From the IMG/VR virus record IMGVR_UViG_3300043446_004967, positions 1 to 64,000 of that record: a stretch of 64,000 nt of DNA, one strand, 5' to 3'. Positions 57,328 through 64,000 of the stretch are shown one piece after another. Numbering within the stretch: the stretch's first letter is position 1; the number at the start of each line of letters is the position of its first letter. A program made the translations under genes and the position numbers. Under the pieces are notes generated by a model. It did no database searches. It was given only the letters and a program-made list of their open reading frames with translations, and was not told the origin of the DNA. Source of the DNA: a virus.

Positions 57328-57735
57328 TCATTTTCGCGCAATTTCTGAGGACAAGGGGTTAACTGCAACCCCTTGTCGGAGCACTTCGTAGTGAAGATGA
57401 GGCCCCGTGGAATATCCCGTAGACCCTACGTAACCAATTATCGCCCCTCGCGTCACGGACGCCCCCGGCCTAACGCCATCAGCAAAACGGGATAAGTGCG
57501 CGTAACGAGTAGCTAAGCCCGCAGCGTGACGTAGCGTAACCATATTCCCGTAGCCGCCACGCCTTCCCGCAGACTTTACCACGCCGTCCCCCGTCGCATA
57601 TACGGGCGTCCCCAAAGGGGCGGCAAAATCCACGCCCTTATGCATACGAGAGCACTTAGCAATAGGATGACGCCGGCGTCCGAATCGAGAAGTAATCCGG
57701 GCGTGTTTAATAGGCAGCCCCAACGAAGGGCACAC
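57328..57735 (-). CDS. M23 family peptidoglycan endopeptidase domain
   Basis: ITSRFG.R.HP, HKGVD (HxxxD), GGYGN, YAHLS, STGPHLHYEV (HxH). Confidence 0.95.
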   Translation of the reverse strand: MCPSLGLPIKHARITSRFGRRRHPIAKCSRMHKGVDFAAPLGTPVYATGDGVVKSAGRRGGYGNMVTLRHAAGLATRYAHLSRFADGVRPGASVTRGAIIGYVGSTGYSTGPHLHYEVLRQGVAVNPLSSEIARK

Positions 57736-57746
57736 GGCGCCCCCGG

Positions 57747-58370
57747 CTACGAGGCAGGCTTTTTTCCGGAAGGCTCTCCCTCTTTAGAAGGAAGGCCGTC
57801 GCCCCCAAAAAACCGATCAAGCAGACCCACGTCTGACTTAGGGGGAAGCTGTTCCCCCTCGTCCCCGGCTGGCGTATCGCCGTTGTACCTTGGGCCCGGC
57901 AAAACTCCGTCGGGGCCTGACCCCGAAGACGGCGCAATGACTTTCGTCTGCCCCTCCCCGTCGTGCTGGTCAACGAAGTCCCCCAAAGAGGACTCCTTCT
58001 CCGGGGCATACGCGACTTCCGCCCGAGCCGTTTGCCCCGAAGCAAGAAAAGACCTGCGAGCCGGGTAATAAGCATACTCGTTACCGCCCTTAACAAAAGC
58101 GACCCTCGCTCCCTTACCGTGAATCTCCGAAGCAAACCCTATTAATGCCCCCGGCCCCCCTTCCAAAATGTGCCGCTGGTAAACGGACTCGCATCCGTCA
58201 ATGATTTTATCCTCAGTGTACGTATAGTCGCATACGTAGCGGGTAGCTCTTTGCGCCTCCGCCAAAGACGCCTCCAACCCTTTCAGCTGCGAGCGGGCGC
58301 TTAGTCTTCCGCTTACCGCTCCAACGACAACCGCAACTACGGCGACCGCCCCAAACAATTTTTTTGTCAT
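57747..58370 (-). CDS. Membrane-anchored protein, putative N-terminal part of an M23 fusion
   Basis: N-terminal TM helix; ends SGKKPAS over A AAA AAG. Confidence 0.7.
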   Translation of the reverse strand: MTKKLFGAVAVVAVVVGAVSGRLSARSQLKGLEASLAEAQRATRYVCDYTYTEDKIIDGCESVYQRHILEGGPGALIGFASEIHGKGARVAFVKGGNEYAYYPARRSFLASGQTARAEVAYAPEKESSLGDFVDQHDGEGQTKVIAPSSGSGPDGVLPGPRYNGDTPAGDEGEQLPPKSDVGLLDRFFGGDGLPSKEGEPSGKKPAS

Positions 58371-58416
58371 AATTTTTTAGTCTCCTTATTTTATAAATTG
58401 CCCCCGGACAAGCCGT

Positions 58417-58749
58417 CTAAGGACGCAAAGGAGCAAGCAAAACGCTCGGACGAGATGCCCGCGCGGAGGGGTTCCCCTCATCGTCATCGTCATCGCCATC
58501 TTCATGGCTGTCCCGCTCCGGAGCCGGAAGATACGACACGGGCGCCGCGCGAGGAATAGCCCGAAGATGCGGGCTAAGCGCGTGCTGGAATCCCAGCCCC
58601 AAGGAAAGCAGCGAAACGGCAATTAAGGCCGCCGCCGTTGTAATCCAAACCCCCCCACGCTCAGCGGTCTTCGCCTTGGCCCCGGCGAATAAGGCCGCAA
58701 CACCGGAAATAATAGTAACGCCGAAAGCTAGTAAAATGTAATAGTCCAT
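58417..58749 (-). CDS. Two-TM membrane protein (holin candidate)
   Basis: Two hydrophobic helices, charged C-terminus, next to the M23 locus. Confidence 0.5.
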   Translation of the reverse strand: MDYYILLAFGVTIISGVAALFAGAKAKTAERGGVWITTAAALIAVSLLSLGLGFQHALSPHLRAIPRAAPVSYLPAPERDSHEDGDDDDDEGNPSARASRPSVLLAPLRP

Positions 58750-58853
58750 ATTATGTAGGCCCCTTCTTCTTTACTGATTTTCATTTTATGGGGGGCCTCA
58801 GAACGACCCCCCTAGGCATAGTACCGCAACGAAATTAAAAATGCACGGAGAAA

Positions 58854-59207
58854 TTACCACTCCTCCTTGGGCGCAGGTTCCTGCGTGCGGACCCATGCTA
58901 GTAGGGAACTGACGGCCCCGAAAAAATGAGCGGCCACAGCGTCCCCTTCGCACTTCTGCTGCATAGACGGTAACAAATCTGCAATAACTTGCGCCGCGCT
59001 TCGCGGGATCGGGCATGTAGGAGAGGTCAACACCTCAACACACTCCGCCCCCACGCCTAACGAAGCGAAAGTATGATAAGTAACGAGTAATTCGTGCAAG
59101 GTACACGCCCCCGCATTGACTACGACGGGTAACGCGTCGTTCTCCTCCTCCAGCCCCGCTAAAGCCACGCGCAGCTGCCCTAGGTTAGTAATCGTGCGCC
59201 CCCTCAT
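58854..59207 (-). CDS. Hypothetical protein
   Basis: GAGGGG RBS. Confidence 0.6.
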   Translation of the reverse strand: MRGRTITNLGQLRVALAGLEEENDALPVVVNAGACTLHELLVTYHTFASLGVGAECVEVLTSPTCPIPRSAAQVIADLLPSMQQKCEGDAVAAHFFGAVSSLLAWVRTQEPAPKEEW

Positions 59208-59209
59208 AA

Positions 59210-59725
59210 CTAAACGACCCCCTCGTCTTCGTAGCGTAAGCCGGTGTTGCTAAGCGTTAAACTCTTTACCGAGGCGCCTGTCTGCCCGGTGGAACCAAAC
59301 CCCCCCGCACCCCGCTTGGTGTCGCCCAGCTCCTCAGCCCACGCTAAGGCGACCTTTTGCACGCGCGCAATAACCATCTGCGCCACCCGTTGCCCCGGCT
59401 CAATTAAGCACGGCTCGTCAGAAAGGTTAATTAATAAAACGCTAATCTCCCCCCGATAGTCGGAATCTACCGTTCCCGGCGCATTGGCGACAGTTACCCC
59501 GAACTTAAGCGCAAGGCCGGAACGAGGGCGAAGCTGTGCCTCATAGCCTTCCGGCAGTTCCAACGCGATTCCGCACGGAATCAACGCGCGGCGCAACGGT
59601 TGAAGGATCAGCGACTCGGGGATAGCGGCGTGCAGGTCCATACCTGCGCTTCCTTCCGTCGCGTAAGCGGGAAGCAGCGCCCCGCCACGCACGTCTTTAA
59701 CTTTAACCCTGAGCATCAGTACCAT
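59210..59725 (-). CDS. dut: dUTP diphosphatase
   Basis: [35 protein letters not shown]. Confidence 0.97.
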   Translation of the reverse strand: MVLMLRVKVKDVRGGALLPAYATEGSAGMDLHAAIPESLILQPLRRALIPCGIALELPEGYEAQLRPRSGLALKFGVTVANAPGTVDSDYRGEISVLLINLSDEPCLIEPGQRVAQMVIARVQKVALAWAEELGDTKRGAGGFGSTGQTGASVKSLTLSNTGLRYEDEGVV

Positions 59726-60110
59726 CTCCTTGGTTATGCACGCGCATGAGGCTCAAGGTCACGCGTGCTGCGGTAAGTCTTAGTTTAATTACGCCTTCCG
59801 ACGTAACGGATATGCCGTCCGCACGAGGTATGGGATACGTTGCTACACGACCTGTCCGCATTTCCTGTAGACGAAAACTCCTCTTTACCCCCCGATACCT
59901 CCCTAATATGCCGGAAAGTCCGTTATCCGACGGCAGCCCCCAAGGAAGTAGCTCGACCTCCGTAGGGACACAGGGGAACCCGGGCGTACCGCACTTAGAC
60001 GGTACCCTCGGACTAAACGGTTCCGCCTGTAGGGTAAGGCGGCAACGAGGGGCCAACTGCAACCACCTCGTTACCTCCGAGGGGTTTTTTAACGGAACAG
60101 CAGCCCCCAT
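59703..60110 (-). CDS. Hypothetical protein
   Basis: ORF. Confidence 0.5.
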   Translation of the reverse strand: MGAAVPLKNPSEVTRWLQLAPRCRLTLQAEPFSPRVPSKCGTPGFPCVPTEVELLPWGLPSDNGLSGILGRYRGVKRSFRLQEMRTGRVATYPIPRADGISVTSEGVIKLRLTAARVTLSLMRVHNQGDGTDAQG

Positions 60111-60205
60111 AAAAGCGCCCCCAAAATAATAATTATTAGGGCGTAAAAAAGCACCTTAGCCAGTGCCCCTAACGCACAGCTAAGCGCCTCTAAAAATTCC
60201 TGCAT
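60089..60205 (-). CDS. 38-aa membrane peptide
   Basis: GGAGGAG RBS; [38 protein letters not shown]. Confidence 0.55.
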   Translation of the reverse strand: MQEFLEALSCALGALAKVLFYALIIIILGALLWGLLFR

Positions 60206-60215
60206 ACTCCTCCGC

Positions 60216-60434
60216 TTATACCAACGGCGGCTGCAACGTCACGAAGTGTTGCGCCACCTTTAAAATATCTTTTTTAGTTTTGGGGCAGGCGGCCCCGGCC
60301 AGCCGCTGGAACTCGCGTTTTTTGCAAGCCCCGCACACAGGCGCGATCACGGCCCCTATCGCCGCCAACAATTCTTGCAGCGTTACAAGGTCATCCTCAT
60401 ACTGCTCCCACTGAAAAACAGGCTTCGCCGACAC
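60216..60434 (-). CDS. Hypothetical protein
   Basis: ORF with a CxxC motif. Confidence 0.5.
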   Translation of the reverse strand: MSAKPVFQWEQYEDDLVTLQELLAAIGAVIAPVCGACKKREFQRLAGAACPKTKKDILKVAQHFVTLQPPLV

Positions 60435-60451
60435 CGCACGCCCCCAAAAAA

Positions 60452-60868
60452 TTAAAGGTTAGCCGGAACGTCTAACAGCTCTGCAAGCGTTTGCAGAACC
60501 TTCTTCTCCTCCTCGTTCGGCTCCTCACCGGCGACAACCCACCCGAAAGCATAAATGTCTTGCGCAATGTCCCCGGTGCCCTTCATCGCCACCACTTGAC
60601 GCCGCAGCTCCAACTGGCCTTGTACATCCCCCACAAGGGACATGGCCTCGTTAAACGCCCCCCTAATCTCCTTCTCTTCAAAATAATTTCCGATTTTTTT
60701 GTGTCTTAGCAGTAACGCCAAGGTTACTTCACGCTCTGCGGGCTCCGCCTTCTTGTCTGCGTAAGCAACTAAGGCACACGCAGCAGCGGCCGCTGACAAC
60801 ACCTTCTGACGCTCAACGCCTTCACCCGTAAACTTAGCGAACGTCTTACCAAAATTAAACAATCCCAT
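60452..60868 (-). CDS. terB: TerB-family protein
   Basis: AAACALVAYAD...AERE...EEEKKVLQTLAELL. Confidence 0.8.
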   Translation of the reverse strand: MGLFNFGKTFAKFTGEGVERQKVLSAAAAACALVAYADKKAEPAEREVTLALLLRHKKIGNYFEEKEIRGAFNEAMSLVGDVQGQLELRRQVVAMKGTGDIAQDIYAFGWVVAGEEPNEEEKKVLQTLAELLDVPANL

Positions 60869-60922
60869 AGTAAACCCCTTTATAGCTTAAATTTTTTGTT
60901 AGAATTATCCCCCGCCGTAACC

Positions 60923-61048
60923 TCAGTCGTCCGGACGGCGGAGCTTATCCCACCAGCGAACTATTTTTACCGTACACCAGACTAACAAAACTATGCCGCC
61001 CAGCGCGAGGCCCGCGACAATCTTATTACCAGACACAAATACGTCCAT
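60923..61048 (-). CDS. 41-aa membrane peptide
   Basis: GAGG RBS; MDVFVSGNKIVAGLALGGIVLLVWCTVKIVRWW... Confidence 0.5.
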   Translation of the reverse strand: MDVFVSGNKIVAGLALGGIVLLVWCTVKIVRWWDKLRRPDD

Positions 61049-61267
61049 TTTTTCCTCTTTTTATACAAATTCCTTAGACTCTTAGACGGTTCTAGCCCGC
61101 TTACGTGATTAGCGCAAGCGGAATCGCTCAGGGCCGATCGTTCCACAAAAACAACGCCAAAAGTGCAATACCGCAAACTAACACAACGGGGCCGTCCCCC
61201 GCCGCTCTTATCTCGTGAAACAGCGCGCCCGCAAGATGATAGAGGAGAATAAGGCCGCTGACTATAA

Positions 61268-61783
61268 TCATCCCAAGGAGGAAGTACTCGACGGGATCCT
61301 TATTAGTATTATTAACTCCCCTCCCCTCCCCTCCGTCGGAACGGGAAGGGGGTCCGCGTTCGGCCTGCTCCGTTTTTGCGGACCCCGCTCTGCAAAAATA
61401 TCTATAAAACGTTTTCGTACGTCCTCGTTGGAAAGGGAACAACACTCGCGTTCGGCGCGTGTTATTTTGCGTAGGTGCTCCGTAAGGCGGAACTCCGTCT
61501 TGCTGACATGACGAGGATCCAATCCAAGATCTTCCATGACATCTTTAACATTGCTCCCCTCGACAAAGCGGAGCGCCGTCTCCAAGGTGCATTTAACCTC
61601 TCGACAACGCTTTAATAGACTTCCCATACTCATGTCCACGTACCGCTCGTGGCCGAGAGGCCAACGGCACCTCGACACAACGTCGCTATGGAGACGCGCG
61701 ACCTCACGGTCGGCGTGAAGCGTAACTTTGTGGTATTCGGCCACAACCGGAGGAACCCGATCAAACCTGTCCCAGTGCGTCAT
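61268..61783 (-). CDS. Hypothetical protein (WPxGHExY motif)
   Basis: GGAGG RBS. Confidence 0.65.
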   Translation of the reverse strand: MTHWDRFDRVPPVVAEYHKVTLHADREVARLHSDVVSRCRWPLGHERYVDMSMGSLLKRCREVKCTLETALRFVEGSNVKDVMEDLGLDPRHVSKTEFRLTEHLRKITRAERECCSLSNEDVRKRFIDIFAERGPQKRSRPNADPLPVPTEGRGGELIILIRIPSSTSSLG

Positions 61784-61798
61784 TAAGGCGCCTCCCTT

Positions 61799-62176
61799 CT
61801 ATTGGAAAATTCTTTTTATTAACTCCCGCGCCCCTTCGTCGGAAAGGGAGGGGAGTTCGCGTTCTGCCTGGGCTACCCGAGATAACCCCCAAGCGGGGCG
61901 TTCCTCCGCTAACTCTATGGTCGAGGAGCCGTAGCAAAAACTAGCCATCGCACCCTCCACGCCGCTCTCTCGCCAGAAATTTGCAGCAGCGACGAAATCT
62001 TCTTTTATCCAGACCAGCCGCTGGGCTATCTTTTCTTTATTCATTTCCCAATATTGTTCGTGGCCCGGCGGCCAGTCATCCATTGAGGAAATATCGCTCA
62101 GGAGATTTTCTATTTCCCCTTCCGCGCTGCGCATAAGTCTGAGAAACTCTTCATAAGTTTCTAAGGGGCTGTTCAT
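61799..62176 (-). CDS. Hypothetical protein (WPxGHExY motif)
   Basis: GAGGGG RBS. Confidence 0.7.
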   Translation of the reverse strand: MNSPLETYEEFLRLMRSAEGEIENLLSDISSMDDWPPGHEQYWEMNKEKIAQRLVWIKEDFVAAANFWRESGVEGAMASFCYGSSTIELAEERPAWGLSRVAQAERELPSLSDEGARELIKRIFQ

Positions 62177-62355
62177 TTATATCCCCTCTACTTCTCTACT
62201 TTAACTCGTTCACTTTTGGCTTTTGTTGTGCCAAAATAACATCTAAGGTGGCATTTAACTTCGTCACGGCAATGAGAAGTTTTAAAACCGCTTCGCATGC
62301 CTCTTTTTCTTTTTTCTTTTTGTCAAATCAAAACATTAGGAAGCCTCCTTTTTTG

Positions 62356-62718
62356 TTACAAATCGTTTTCTTCTATATCCACTACTTCGTCATAAACCAT
62401 CTCTACCTCTGGATGGCGCTCAAACAAATCGTATAGTTTATCAAAAAACTCATAGTAATCGCCGTTTCCTGCGCATAGTAGATAAGGTTTTCGGTGTAGC
62501 ATTATGATGTACCCCCGCGCATAGAAACTCGACATACTCAATGTTATTTCAACATTAACACGCCGATTGCCTATCATTTCCTCAAAATGTCTGTTGTAGT
62601 CCATAAAGAGAGGTATCATGAGGCGCAAAAGCTTCCCCAAATTCGGATCTTCACTAATAGCGCTCTCAATTTCTTCCTTTTGTTTATATAGGTAGAAATT
62701 TTCTGGGTTCCAGTTCAC
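62356..62718 (-). CDS. Hypothetical protein (AT-rich)
   Basis: Coupled GTG start, GGAGG RBS. Confidence 0.65.
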   Translation of the reverse strand: MNWNPENFYLYKQKEEIESAISEDPNLGKLLRLMIPLFMDYNRHFEEMIGNRRVNVEITLSMSSFYARGYIIMLHRKPYLLCAGNGDYYEFFDKLYDLFERHPEVEMVYDEVVDIEENDL

Positions 62719-63308
62719 TACTTTCCCTCCTCCGCTCTTGACGACGCCACTCGGCTAAGATTTTGCGGTACACCCGTCGGGTTTTTTTCCGTTATTTCCA
62801 AGTCAGAACACGCACTGACTGCTTTAATAAGCTCGGCTATTATATGAAGATTGTCAAACTTATCAAATGAACCCAGTTCATAAGCCCATCCCAAATGGTT
62901 ATGCTGGTACGCTTCTTTTTTTTGCTCCTCTTTATGTGAAAATTTTATGTAGTATCGGTCGTGCGGCCATACAAAATTGTTTTGGTAATTGTTTTTTTTG
63001 CTTCTGGCTTTCGCTTTTTTCCCCCACCTATCCTCCCATCTTTTGTCCCATCGACGCCCGCCCTGTCTCTGAATGCGGACGGTAAATTCGCCTGTTTGGT
63101 AGTCTTCGCCGATTTGGCCAAGGGTGACCCATAACGAGGCAGGCCCCCATTTGCGCCCCCCTTCATCATCCTTGCCTTCTCGCCTTTTTCGGCTGTCTTT
63201 AAACGTTTGTGCCACCAAGTAGGCAAACTTGGCAGCTTCATATAGCCTGCCATGATCCGGAAAGGCGTAAATACCATCTTTTGTGATGGTGCATTTTGCA
63301 ATTGTCAT
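62718..63308 (-). CDS. Hypothetical protein
   Basis: ORF with RBS. Confidence 0.65.
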   Translation of the reverse strand: MTIAKCTITKDGIYAFPDHGRLYEAAKFAYLVAQTFKDSRKRREGKDDEGGRKWGPASLWVTLGQIGEDYQTGEFTVRIQRQGGRRWDKRWEDRWGKKAKARSKKNNYQNNFVWPHDRYYIKFSHKEEQKKEAYQHNHLGWAYELGSFDKFDNLHIIAELIKAVSACSDLEITEKNPTGVPQNLSRVASSRAEEGK

Positions 63309-63324
63309 TTTTATGCCCCTTCCT

Positions 63325-63969
63325 TTAGATTAATAATAATTTCTGGGTATCGGCCTCTACGTTCCTTTTTGGGAACATTTCTTCCGACGTATTGATGTGA
63401 TATTGAAGCATTCCGTTTTGCTTCGATAAGTTATATGTCGGAGTCTGCGAGTCCCATTCGCAGATCATTAATGTTCTTATTGCATCATTAATACCTATTA
63501 TTAATAAGTAATCCTGCATATTTGTTTCAAATATTTTAAACTGCAATCCCATTTTTTTAATTTCATTAAATACTTCAAATAACGCAATTTTTTTCCTCAC
63601 CCTGTGCGCGAGTATATGGGGAAAGGTTCTCTCTCCGTGACCAGTTTGTGCCTCGTCGCAATAATAATCAACCTCCTCGTAATACTTTTCTTCCGCCAGC
63701 TCAATAAGTGCGGATTTGTATTGATCCTCTTTAATAACATCATTTTTAGAGTATTCGTAAAATACCTCCTTACACTCATCTTCTTGTTGGCTTATTCTTT
63801 CGCCCAAGACTAAAAACGACTCGCTTCTTCCGTAGTCCTTTGCTACATTTTCGTGTGACTTTTTTTCGCTATTGATTATTTTATTCCTCATTATTTCTTT
63901 TTGAATATCTTTATTCCATTCGTAAAAATACTCAAAATGAAGCCCGGCCATTCCCTCATCATACGTCAC
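63325..63969 (-). CDS. Hypothetical protein (very AT-rich)
   Basis: 214-aa ORF. Confidence 0.6.
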   Translation of the reverse strand: MTYDEGMAGLHFEYFYEWNKDIQKEIMRNKIINSEKKSHENVAKDYGRSESFLVLGERISQQEDECKEVFYEYSKNDVIKEDQYKSALIELAEEKYYEEVDYYCDEAQTGHGERTFPHILAHRVRKKIALFEVFNEIKKMGLQFKIFETNMQDYLLIIGINDAIRTLMICEWDSQTPTYNLSKQNGMLQYHINTSEEMFPKRNVEADTQKLLLI

Positions 63970-64000
63970 GTATGTTTTATATCTTTTAGTCTTTCTTGAG

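Overview
A 64-kb segment of a large tailed dsDNA phage genome. NrdA/NrdB, dUTPase and the M23 peptidase look alphaproteobacterial, so an alphaproteobacterial host is plausible (inference only). 1-19 kb (minus strand) is virion morphogenesis: a >1980-aa tape measure running off the window, tail chaperones joined by a -1 frameshift, tail tube, head-tail proteins, PBSX/XkdG-like capsid, scaffold, XkdF-like protease, portal and terminase. 19-31 kb (minus) holds a ParB-like protein, a glycosyltransferase, dNMP kinase, ThyX, a phosphoesterase, a C5 DNA methyltransferase with a nested out-of-frame subunit, and NrdAB. 31.5-48.4 kb (mostly plus) is accessory: HAD phosphatase, Prs-like, Nampt-like and macrodomain genes (NARP1-like NAD+ reconstitution), a P-loop-dead ABC-ATPase homolog, a degenerate tRNA-Ser, a pentapeptide repeat protein and paralog families. 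48.4-57.3 kb is an array of single-gene cassettes, most behind the same palindrome-containing sigma70 promoter, mixed with several repeat families and a perfect chromosomal parS site. 57.3-64 kb (minus) has an M23 peptidase apparently reached by a dnaX-like -1 frameshift, dUTPase, TerB, small membrane proteins and an AT-rich end. No integrase, CRISPR array or transposase was seen. All family calls come from motifs read by eye, with no database searches.
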